A stretch of DNA of 39,663 nucleotides from NCBI GenBank assembly GCA_008369845.1, contig MRSU01006387.1, forward strand, positions 1 through 39,663, in the 5' to 3' direction. The notes under the pieces were generated by a model. The model did not search any database, had not been told where the DNA came from, and saw nothing but the letters and a program-made list of their open reading frames with translations. This DNA comes from Trichomonas gallinae. Lineage: Eukaryota. Shown piece after piece: positions 19,390 through 29,062 of the stretch (position 1 is the stretch's first letter; each line of letters opens with the position of its first letter). A program made the position numbers and the translations under genes.

Positions 19390-20259
19390 TTATGGTTGCT
19401 GTGTTTCTTCGGAAACAACATTGCTATAATGTGGGAAATAAGGATTGTTCCATTCCATTTTTTCGAAATACTTTCTAACGAGCCACGGCAACTCGTCACT
19501 GAATGCTGCTGGATGCTCAGCAATAGCATGATACAGTCTCCAAATTAGAGGGAAAATAATTAAAGCAAGTATAACATCAACTGTATAATGAAGCCTTGTA
19601 AGAACGATCATGAAAACAATGAAAACAAGGCCAACCCACATAAAATATCTAAACCAGCCTTGGAAATAATGATCAACAATTAAAGTAGTTGTGCAGAGAG
19701 CCATTGTGTGTCCTGAGAAAATCATGTCGCCACATGTTACACCGCCTAACATGAACTTGAAAACGTCCCATGGCCACCATTTTGAATTTGTAACATCGCG
19801 TTTTGGACATCTATTGCTGGCATCTGGCAAGAATGTAACTGTATGGGTTATATCTCTTAACAAAAATGTGAAACCAAATATAACAAGAGCTCTGCGAATA
19901 ATAATGAAAGTATCTAAGCGTAATGGCCATATGAATTGTATAACACCAGCGAATACAAGGGCAGCCATCAAAATATCGACAAGGAGATATGCGTTTATGT
20001 ATGTATTTCCTTTGTGCAAAACATCTTCTAAACGGAAACTGTTGGGCCTTCTGTCATTAACGTAGACTAAAAAGTATGGAGTCACGACAACTACAATTAC
20101 CATGAATATTAATGCATACAAACAATTTAGGAAATATTTTGTTTTCAAGAACCATTTGAATTTTTCCCACCACGACCCATCGCGTGGATAAGCCGGGGTG
20201 TCCTGAGGCATGTATTTCACGAACTGGGACTCGTCATACCTGTTTTGCAGAGATTCCAT
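19390..20259 (-). CDS. Sphingomyelin synthase / inositol-phosphoceramide synthase family protein (289 aa)
   Basis: About six TM helices; VTFLPD, CGDMIFSGHT and RLHYTVDVILA catalytic motifs; no SAM domain. Confidence 0.93.
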   Translation of the reverse strand: MESLQNRYDESQFVKYMPQDTPAYPRDGSWWEKFKWFLKTKYFLNCLYALIFMVIVVVVTPYFLVYVNDRRPNSFRLEDVLHKGNTYINAYLLVDILMAALVFAGVIQFIWPLRLDTFIIIRRALVIFGFTFLLRDITHTVTFLPDASNRCPKRDVTNSKWWPWDVFKFMLGGVTCGDMIFSGHTMALCTTTLIVDHYFQGWFRYFMWVGLVFIVFMIVLTRLHYTVDVILALIIFPLIWRLYHAIAEHPAAFSDELPWLVRKYFEKMEWNNPYFPHYSNVVSEETQQP

Positions 20260-20346
20260 CTTTTTGAGAACAAAAGAAAATTGCCAAACATGAAAAATAA
20301 ACTCTATATATTACAATAGTTTATAACATGGAATGTTGGAATAACA

Positions 20347-20383
20347 AAAGTGACAGTAAACGGTTATTTTCAAAACCGTCACG
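20347..20383. promoter_or_regulatory. M2-like octamer plus two inverted M3 (Myb-like DRCSGYTD) sites upstream of the SMS gene
   Basis: AAAGTGAC 20347-20354, AACGGTTA 20359-20366 (+), GACGGTTT 20373-20380 (-). Confidence 0.5.
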
Positions 20384-20959
20384 TTTCTTTTTATTAAAAA
20401 TGTAAATTATAAATTCCACAATTTTGGTGATGAATTTGTTATATACACCTGATAAATATGCTATTTCCGTCGTCAAAAAGCTTTGTTAAGTCACGATCTT
20501 GAATTTCAATACCAGAAAGATTAAGGTTTAACTGTCGCTGCAATCGCTATTGTATCTAAGATCCTCTCTAAATCTTCGCTGTTTTTCCTTGAAAGATTCT
20601 TTCCTGTGAGTCAGTGTTTTTAATAAGGGCAAAGATACTATATTTCACCAAGAAACAGATAAATCAAACAGTGTTGCAACTAATAATTTAATTCTTTTAA
20701 TGTCAAAACATGATATAAAATATTTTCTATTTAATAATGATAAAATGCCATTTTCATTGTAAATATAGTTTTTAGTCAATGAGAATAGAAAATCTGCAAA
20801 TATGCTTTTACAAAAAGAGTACTTTTAATTTTTTTTCAAATACGATGCTATACATATGTCATATTTCAAACAATGATAGCAGGATAAAATTCCATATAGA
20901 TGATATGGTCAACATTGCAAAAAATTAAATAAATTAAATAAATCTCGAAATATTTACTA

Positions 20960-23900
20960 TTAGTAAATGACCAGTGTCGTAACCATTGTATTGGATGGAA
21001 GACCTTCTGAGTCCCTAACAAGGAACCACACTTCTTTAACACCAACTGGTGTACCTTGTGGAACTGTCCAGAAGAAGGCTATTGGGACTTCTTTGCCTGG
21101 ATTTGGATTATATGGAATATGATGGACTTGATTCATGACCTCATCAAACTCTTTGCTTCCGATTTGGACGTAAATATTGAGCTCATCGAGCTCTGCATCA
21201 TTAAGAACAACAAATGCAAGAAGATTTTCACCAGCACGTGCAGATTTCTTAGAAATACCGACTTTGGTAAGTTTTGGTTCGTTCTTTGGATTCAACTTGA
21301 ATTGATGTTCAACGTGATTAGATACAACGTTTCTTTCCCTAGCATAAATTTCAATCTTCCACTTCTGATTGCGATCAGAATGAATTTGCGTGAATGGAAT
21401 TTCTATGGTAGTGTTCACACCCTTTTGAACATCAGTTGAATGGAGTTCGGCACCTAAGAAATTACCATCCAAATTTGTGTATCTATAATAAATTCCGATC
21501 TTTCCTTGGGCATCTTTGTCCGAGACTAAAACTTTAACTTTATATGTTTCTTGATCATGATAATAGTCTCTGGCATCAAAAACATCTAAATGTGGTGCAT
21601 CTGTCAGGTAGATTTGTTTTTCAATTTTATTTGAAGGTATTGCTGCATTTGGACTTTTATCTTTTGCATAAATTTGAATTTTATACAAATCACCATCTAT
21701 TGGGAAATTCATAGGAATTTCCATATGTTTATTATTGAAATCAACTTTTTGCTCTCTTTCAAGATCATTTTCATTGATATTAAGATAGATTTGATCGTTC
21801 TTATTAATATTCTCAATTTCTAATGAAATGTTCTTATCAGTGCGTTCAGAACGATCGTAGTGATCCTGCCACTGTGTACTATCAATAAGTCTGATTGGTG
21901 TTTTAACCCTATCATAACCAGCAAATGCAATGGCAAAAATACTATATCCGTAGCCTGGAATCTTGCGTTGGTCCCACGTGAATCCATATGCCTGTGCTGC
22001 ATGCACTGAAGATTCATCCTTAGTATCAGTGAAGAAACTCTGAGTATCATTATTACCTAAAAATGTCATATCAGGTGCTGTATAATCTAGGAAATCCTTT
22101 GTGAAAACTGTGTAACGAACGTATTTGTCGTAGCTGTTAACAACTATTCCTCTTGCAAATTCCATAATATTGCTTTCATTACCAGCTAAATCTGAATCAA
22201 CATATAAGCTCAAACTGAATAATCTTTCGAAATAGTTTGTATTTGAGACGTTGAATCTGACTTCTGTGAAATTGGTTGTTGGCTCTGTATTAATTGTCAA
22301 TTGGATTTCAAAATCGTCCTGAGAGATGTATCCGTTATTTTTGTGGGTGAAATTGTATATTGGAGCTTCGGCTTTATCATGTGTATTGAAAGTCTTGAAC
22401 TTGCAGTAGAAGCCTTGGTCCATAAATGACAAATTTCTTGGTATTTCATCAATGCCTTTATACCTGAGGTTGAATAATGCAAAGTTGCTGTCGTCAAGTT
22501 CATCCGTTGTATTAATAAACTGACCAATTCTTTCTTGTATTTGTGGTGCATCTGGATCCCAAACATAGAGAGTTGTGGATGCTTTAGATGCAGGTTCTTC
22601 ATCTGGTGGAGCATCTTGAGCTTTAGCATACACTATGAAGTTATAGTCACCGACTTTCTGGCCGTCAAGATCTTTAAAGCCAGCAAAAGCAATAGGCTGA
22701 TTACTTCCTGTGATATTTGCTATCATTTCTTCTTGTCCATTATTAAACTTAAGCCATACTGTCGCGTTATGACCATCATTAGAATACAATACTGTGCCAA
22801 ACACGACGAGTCTAGTTTTTGTGTTATTTTCAATTCTGTTCTGGGAGATGTAAACATCCTTTACAACTGGCTTTTCTGCTTTTTTAAATGTGATTGAAAT
22901 TGTACTGTTTGGAGATGTATGAGAATTGTCATCTTCTCCCCAGATTATTAAATCATATTTGTTCCCCAAAATAATACCATTCGGAACAGGGATTTTGAAT
23001 GAAAATGATTCGCCTATTTGGTTAGGGTTTGTTTCAAACTTCTTAACAAAATGAGGATTTGTATCAATTTTATCGAATTTATAATAAACATAAACTGCAT
23101 GTTCATCATCAAGACTTCCTGATACCAAAATCTCTGTATCTGATGGACTAATTTCTTTATTAGCTACTTCAGCACTAAACACAGGATTTTTAGATCCATC
23201 AAGATGTACATGTCCTTCAAGAGTATCTGGTGATCGTAAATTGGTACTGGTAACAATCGCATAAGCATGATACTTGATAGCTGTCCTTTTATCATCAAAA
23301 GTTCTATGGCAAGTTATTGTTTGGGTGTGTACATCATCTGTTGGTGTGAATTTGTCGCATTCTTGATCATCACCGGAATTTCCTGAAACAACAACTTTCG
23401 CAGTGACTTCTTTCTTTTCATACGCTGTAACATTGAATTTAAGTTCATAATTTTTGGGTAATCCTACTTCAGGATTATATTCTGTGACATCTCTAATTAA
23501 TGGCTTCATAACGAAATTTGTTCCAATTTGTGCTTTAAATCCATATGTGACAACTCTCCCTTTAGGAAGTATGCGATTATTCCATGAGAAAGCCAAGGTG
23601 CTTTCTTGATCTGCGGGGGTTTGATCCACTGAATAGTTTTGCAAAAATGGATAGATATCTCTCTTTGTTGGGCCCATGTAAATAGTATCAACATCGCCAA
23701 AATAGTCATCGCCAACGTTAAGCATCGAAAGAGTAAGCTTTCTTAATTGGAAAGAGATGTTTTCGGAACCACCATTCATGGTGACTGCATCTCCATTCAA
23801 GTCCTTGATTAATTTAACACGTCTGCCTTGTGATTTATAATTGACATCTATTGCGACACCCAAATCAAATTTCATATCGTAATCAGCAAAGCTGGATATC

Positions 23901-24235
23901 TGAAAATAAGGCTGCTGATCTCCTTTATATTCTAGTTCATTAGAATCAAACTTGATGCTGTATACTCCTGGTACATTCCATGTTCTTTTTTTGTTCGAAC
24001 GGAGATTGGTCCATCCTTTAGGTTTACCTTCTTTATCATAGTATTGAAAATATACTTGAACTCCAACACCATGACCATTCTTATTGCCGTTTGTGAAAGA
24101 ATGGCAACCGTCACTATCATTCGCCCTATAGCATAAATCGAATGTACCATTACTATCAGATGGAATATCATTTAATGTTTTCCATATGTCAATGCATGGT
24201 TGTTTATGGCAATAACAAATAAGGGAGATGAACAT
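20960..24235 (-). CDS. Large secreted/surface Bap-like protein with Ig-like repeats and an internal tandem duplication (1091 aa)
   Basis: Short hydrophobic N-terminus MFISLICYC; beta-rich units (VSGSLDDE..VYVYYKFD; VLVSDKD..IYYRY; IEIYARE); two homologous halves; no C-terminal TM. Confidence 0.8.
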   Translation of the reverse strand: MFISLICYCHKQPCIDIWKTLNDIPSDSNGTFDLCYRANDSDGCHSFTNGNKNGHGVGVQVYFQYYDKEGKPKGWTNLRSNKKRTWNVPGVYSIKFDSNELEYKGDQQPYFQISSFADYDMKFDLGVAIDVNYKSQGRRVKLIKDLNGDAVTMNGGSENISFQLRKLTLSMLNVGDDYFGDVDTIYMGPTKRDIYPFLQNYSVDQTPADQESTLAFSWNNRILPKGRVVTYGFKAQIGTNFVMKPLIRDVTEYNPEVGLPKNYELKFNVTAYEKKEVTAKVVVSGNSGDDQECDKFTPTDDVHTQTITCHRTFDDKRTAIKYHAYAIVTSTNLRSPDTLEGHVHLDGSKNPVFSAEVANKEISPSDTEILVSGSLDDEHAVYVYYKFDKIDTNPHFVKKFETNPNQIGESFSFKIPVPNGIILGNKYDLIIWGEDDNSHTSPNSTISITFKKAEKPVVKDVYISQNRIENNTKTRLVVFGTVLYSNDGHNATVWLKFNNGQEEMIANITGSNQPIAFAGFKDLDGQKVGDYNFIVYAKAQDAPPDEEPASKASTTLYVWDPDAPQIQERIGQFINTTDELDDSNFALFNLRYKGIDEIPRNLSFMDQGFYCKFKTFNTHDKAEAPIYNFTHKNNGYISQDDFEIQLTINTEPTTNFTEVRFNVSNTNYFERLFSLSLYVDSDLAGNESNIMEFARGIVVNSYDKYVRYTVFTKDFLDYTAPDMTFLGNNDTQSFFTDTKDESSVHAAQAYGFTWDQRKIPGYGYSIFAIAFAGYDRVKTPIRLIDSTQWQDHYDRSERTDKNISLEIENINKNDQIYLNINENDLEREQKVDFNNKHMEIPMNFPIDGDLYKIQIYAKDKSPNAAIPSNKIEKQIYLTDAPHLDVFDARDYYHDQETYKVKVLVSDKDAQGKIGIYYRYTNLDGNFLGAELHSTDVQKGVNTTIEIPFTQIHSDRNQKWKIEIYARERNVVSNHVEHQFKLNPKNEPKLTKVGISKKSARAGENLLAFVVLNDAELDELNIYVQIGSKEFDEVMNQVHHIPYNPNPGKEVPIAFFWTVPQGTPVGVKEVWFLVRDSEGLPSNTMVTTLVIY

Positions 24236-25075
24236 TTAAAAAAAATAAATGTCAAAATCACTCTCAAAATTTTGTGCTATATCTCAAAATTATAATACAA
24301 ATTCAATTCAAGCATTTCATGGTTATTCGTTTCTCTATCTACATTTGTAAGTATATATTTCATACACTACTTTGTGAAGAATAGCATTGAATTTTATTAG
24401 AATTATTAGATCGCTTTCTCTGAGACCAAAATCCTTCTTTAATCATTATTAAGCAAAAAAAAAAATCAATTTGACAAGTCGAATGACATGTCATTTAGGG
24501 AAATCGTTTGTTGTGGTTTGAATTATCATATATTATTCGTATTTAATGTGAGATATTTATTGACATTTTTGACATTTTTGAGAATTTAAATTTGGTAATT
24601 TTCAAATAGTATTGAAAATAACACAATTTGATAAGTTTAAAATGATAGTATTGATGCAGACAGATGATTTCAACGACCAGGAAAAAAATATCTTTTGAAA
24701 ACAAATTTAAGTATTTTCTTTCGATTTTAATAGATGTATATATTAGTTCTTCTTTGACTTATGGCATAAGATCATTTATTTGGTCAATTCATCAGCAAAA
24801 TTCAATGCTGTAAATAACCTTAAAGTCGGCAACTAGCCTAAGATTTTATCGCGGATAATGATTGAGTATAGCATATGAATTCATTATTCAATGAAAAGAT
24901 GTACTAATTTTTAATCAGGATAAAATTATTTACATGCCTTTAATAATAATATGTTCGTAAGAGCAAGTTTCATCGTGTTTTCACTAACTCGCTCATTAAA
25001 TGATTAATATAAGATATCGTTGGGACGTCAAATTTTAATGACTCGGATTTTTATGCAAAAAAATTATAAATGAGC

Positions 25076-25160
25076 TAAGGATGTCGGGGTATCCCCACCC
25101 CACCTAAAATGGTCCCCCTGGTCTGGGGATTCCCCATAAATCCATTGGGATTTTAAAATC
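25076..25160. mobile_element. GC-rich, palindrome-rich segment, probable relic of a DNA-transposon end
   Basis: TAAGGATGTC followed by GGGGTATCCCC, GGGGATTCCCC, AAATCC-attg-GGATTT and GATTTTAAAATC in otherwise very AT-rich DNA; no partner end or transposase seen. Confidence 0.4.
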
Positions 25161-25794
25161 TGCCACATAAAAATAAATTTTACTCAAAAATTCCTAGATT
25201 AATGGATATTAATTCTTTTACCAATGTCATGTATATCCAATTATGAGTAACATATATAGAAAATAAATTTTATACGGTAAAAAGAACGTTACTTTTTATA
25301 AAGGATGGCGCGACCGTTTTTTTGTCTAGCTTAAAAAACAGGGTCTAGCAGCCCCTATGTTTGCTTTTGTACGTCAGACAAAGTACAGATATGATGTAAA
25401 CATCATTCTCTATATGCCCAGATACATAAAAGTTGAATTAAACGAATTTTAAATTTTTGTCATCGATTGAAATTTTCGTAAAAACTCAATTTTGCAGCTT
25501 ATCTCTCTGTTGGATATTTCCAGTAATAAAATAGATCATATGTGTAATTTTATTTTTTCGCTTTCTTTATTTTGGGAGCTTCTGAAGTGAATTTTTCTCG
25601 AAAATGTACGTTAATTTTTTAAAAAATATATGTAGTCGCTGGTTTTGCAAAATCTGGGCTGCTCATCGATATCATAGTACCTCTAGGACAATGCCTTTGA
25701 TTATACAGAGAGATTTTGAAAAAATATCAAACCAAAAAATTAGAATTTTTATTTTTTTTTACTGATAAGGTTTAATGAAATTAAAGTTTATTGC

Positions 25795-26150
25795 TCAAGT
25801 GCACCACCTTCCAATGCTTTGATATCGTGCATTCATGTTTGTTTTTGACCAAGTTATTTGATGCAGACCATTAGCATATATTCCAGGAATTTTAAGAAAG
25901 AGTTTGACAACCTCATAATATCCTTTATATGAAGCCCAAATCAAAGCTTCTTTAGCATCAAAATGTTGAGTTTTGACAATAAATCTGCTAAAATCAGATT
26001 CTTTGATGCTTCCATCAAATTCTATGATGAGACGAGCAAGCTGAGAATTATCTTCTTCGATTGAACAATCATAGATAGACTGATCATTTTTGTTTTTAGC
26101 ATTGTGGAATTTCTCTTACACAGCAAAATATTTATCACAAAGGATGAGAA
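25795..26150 (-). pseudogene. Ankyrin repeat gene fragment
   Basis: Frame reads FLILCDKYFAV*EKFHNAKNKNDQSIYDCSIEEDNSQLARLIIEF...EALIWASYKGYYEVVKLFLKIPGIYAN; internal TAA at 26116-26118, no start codon. Confidence 0.75.
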
Positions 26151-26365
26151 AAATGGTAATTTGGATTTGTAGGCTATAGAATATAATTAGATTTGGATGT
26201 ACTGAGTCAAGATATGAGATGAGAAAAGAAAGAGAAAAGAATTTCCAAAAAATATTTTTAAATCATATATTATTATTATCCTATATGGCAAAACAATAAT
26301 GAATAAATAAGGGTGAACAAAATAAACAAATATATAATCTATAATAAAAAAATTAAATAACATTC

Positions 26366-29062
26366 TTATCTCCTTCTCCTCCTTGATGGATTTGGCTGTG
26401 GCACTGGGAGGTCTAAGTCATCACCTTGGCGGTTCTGTGGTTCCGGCTCTTCTTCGATGATCGGCAGCTCTTCAATCATGTTCTTGTAAACGAATCCTCT
26501 CACTTCGCCTTTGAATGTAATGACCATAGTACTGATGTTATCCTTGGAGCCGAGCGCGAACGCGATGTTTCTGAGTTTGGCAGCAGCGTCCATGGCGCTC
26601 GTCGATGTCCGCACGACTTCAGCAGCCCTCTCGTCTGTAATAACATCCCAGACACCGTCGCAGGCTATGATAAGGCCGATATCGCCGTCCTGCATCTTGT
26701 GGGACATGACTTCTGGCTGAACGTAGAGACCTGGCTGGTTGATCCAGAAGTCACCGAGAGTACGGGCAACAGCGAGTTTGCGTCCAATTCTGCCTTCAAC
26801 GTTGACGGTTAATCCTGCATTGCGGAGTCTTGTGTATTCTTCACGCATTGTGGGCTTGTAGTCTGTTGTCAGTCTCTGGCATCCATTCTTTGTGACTAAA
26901 ACTATCCTGGAGTCGCCGATGCCAGCTGTGAAAATTTCATCGCCTTTGATGAAGGCGGAAACAGCTGTGCAGCCGTCCTTGATATTGAGGGACTTGAGGA
27001 TCTTGTTGATCTTTGTGTAGATCTTTGGAATTGATTCTGTAATTTCTTCTGAAGATTTGTTTAAGACATTCAAGCGGATTTCGTGGTGAAGGCAGTTGGC
27101 TGATGTTGCTGCAGCACATGCACCTGTGTGGCCATCGAAAAGAGCAAACAAGTACTGGTCGTTCTCATATGTCTGATAAGTGATTGCATCTTCCATTGTT
27201 GGACGGACGCCCATTGTTGCGGAGTAGCCGATTCCGAATCTCTCGCATGTTGAGCATGTCTTATCTGTCATCAAATGGAAGCAAAACGGTGGAATATGAT
27301 TTGGTAAAAATTTCTTGGTATTTAACATTTCGAAGCACGAAATTGGCGATTGGTATTCAAGGAGTTTTTGAATTGTTGGAATAAAATCTATATCCAGAGG
27401 GTTATTGTTGAGGCAGATAAATTTGGCTGAAGGGAAATGGGATGGATTGAACTCTGTAATCTCGTTGCAGTCGAGGTTGATCGATGTGGCAGATGGGAGA
27501 TCGTATTCGAATGACTTAAGCTTGTTGTATGACAAATCAAGGACATTGATGGTATTAGGGAATTCGAAATCAGGTGGAATCTCAGATATGATGTTGTGGG
27601 CCATGGAGAAAACTTTCAGAGCTGTAAACAGGTTGAAGAAAGATGGTAGAGATTTAAGGTGGTTGTTAGAAGCATCGAAAGACTGAAGGAAGAAGAGGGA
27701 GCCAAGTGCTGATGGAAGAGAAGATAATTCGTTGTTGGAGCAGCTCAAAGAACGAAGCTGTGAATATGAATAAACGCACTTCGGGAAAACTCTGAATTTG
27801 TTGCCGGAAATGTTGAAATCTGCGATCTTCCTGCAGCTGTTGAGCGATGTTGGCAGCTCTGTAAGCTTGTTGAACGAAACATTGAAATCTGCGAGGAATG
27901 AACAATTTTCGAAGCAGTCTGGGATGGATGTCAGCTGGTTGAATGAGAGGTTAAACGTTCTGAGGTGTGTGCACTGAAGTGCTGGGAACTCTGTCAATTG
28001 GTTGTTAGTGATTGATAAATAATCCAAATTCGTTATATGGATGAAGGACTCTGGTAATTTTCTGATCAAGTTGAAATCTAAAACGAGGCGAGATAAAGCT
28101 GGTTTCTGCGGCCAACAGTTAGCTATTTCAATTATTTCATTATTATTTGCGATGAGCTGAGCAACTTTGCCCATTGATGCGATGAAATTCGGTCCGAGCT
28201 GGGAGATTCTGTTAAACGAGATATCAATGGCCGTGAGGGCTTCTGGGAGGCTGAAATTCAGCGGACCAGAGATTTCACAGTGGCTGACTGACAGGGCTCT
28301 AAGACCGTTCGTCTCTAGGACTTTCATCGGGAATTTTCTTAGTGGATTCGTGTTAAAGCTGAGAGAAACGCAAGTTAGCGGTTCTTTTGGCTTCCACTTC
28401 TCGATATCGTTGAAATAGAGGTTTAGGGCCTTGAGTGTCGGTGGAAGAGTCTTTGTTCTAATCTTGGTAAAGTGATTTCCAAATAACGATAATTCTTCCA
28501 ATTTCTCGAATTCATCGAAGTAATCAGGAAGCTCTGTGAGATTGTTGCCGTCAAGATGAATAGCACGCACTGTGTATATCCACGAGGGCTTTATTTTTGG
28601 AAGGTCTTTGAATTCACCGTGGCAGAGTTTAATTGTATCGAGATTCGGCAGGTTGAGATTCCAGACGTCATCGAGGCACAGATTTGGATTGAAACTGAGG
28701 TCCAAAGTACTTAACGATGGTTTAAATACAAACGAAAATTTTGTTAAGTTGCAAGCTGTAAGATTGAGAGTCTGTAAGTTTTCGAAAACTGTGAATGCTT
28801 CCCTTGAAAGATTTGTCAAATTATTCTCGGTCAAATCTAATTGGGCGATGCAGACATAATTTTCGAGACCTGGTGGTAGTGCTGTCAATCCGCAGTCAGC
28901 GAATCTTGCTCTGCTGATTTTCTGAAGAAGGTCAGGAACAAAAGGAATATTTTTAACATTTCTGTTGACAAATTCGAAGCTTGAAAGGTTCGGGTTCATG
29001 AATATACCAATATCTACGTTTTCACGAAATACCATCCGATTATCATTGATCGGTTGACTCAT
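26366..29062 (-). CDS. Leucine-rich repeat + PP2C phosphatase (PHLPP-like architecture), 898 aa
   Basis: About 20 LxxLxLxxN repeats, then RPTMEDA, LFDGHTG, DGCTA, GIGDSR, LAVARTLGD, IIACDGVWDV, GSKDNIS; metal-binding Asp residues retained. Confidence 0.96.
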   Translation of the reverse strand: MSQPINDNRMVFRENVDIGIFMNPNLSSFEFVNRNVKNIPFVPDLLQKISRARFADCGLTALPPGLENYVCIAQLDLTENNLTNLSREAFTVFENLQTLNLTACNLTKFSFVFKPSLSTLDLSFNPNLCLDDVWNLNLPNLDTIKLCHGEFKDLPKIKPSWIYTVRAIHLDGNNLTELPDYFDEFEKLEELSLFGNHFTKIRTKTLPPTLKALNLYFNDIEKWKPKEPLTCVSLSFNTNPLRKFPMKVLETNGLRALSVSHCEISGPLNFSLPEALTAIDISFNRISQLGPNFIASMGKVAQLIANNNEIIEIANCWPQKPALSRLVLDFNLIRKLPESFIHITNLDYLSITNNQLTEFPALQCTHLRTFNLSFNQLTSIPDCFENCSFLADFNVSFNKLTELPTSLNSCRKIADFNISGNKFRVFPKCVYSYSQLRSLSCSNNELSSLPSALGSLFFLQSFDASNNHLKSLPSFFNLFTALKVFSMAHNIISEIPPDFEFPNTINVLDLSYNKLKSFEYDLPSATSINLDCNEITEFNPSHFPSAKFICLNNNPLDIDFIPTIQKLLEYQSPISCFEMLNTKKFLPNHIPPFCFHLMTDKTCSTCERFGIGYSATMGVRPTMEDAITYQTYENDQYLFALFDGHTGACAAATSANCLHHEIRLNVLNKSSEEITESIPKIYTKINKILKSLNIKDGCTAVSAFIKGDEIFTAGIGDSRIVLVTKNGCQRLTTDYKPTMREEYTRLRNAGLTVNVEGRIGRKLAVARTLGDFWINQPGLYVQPEVMSHKMQDGDIGLIIACDGVWDVITDERAAEVVRTSTSAMDAAAKLRNIAFALGSKDNISTMVITFKGEVRGFVYKNMIEELPIIEEEPEPQNRQGDDLDLPVPQPNPSRRRRR

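Noticed and set aside
25125..25135. GGGGATTCCCC as an NF-kB site
   Set aside because: No NF-kB is known in this lineage; better explained as part of a palindromic repeat
25297..25929. 10-bp inverted match TATAAAGGAT / ATCCTTTATA as transposon TIRs
   Set aside because: The right copy lies inside the continuous ankyrin frame (SYKGYY); AT-rich and probably chance
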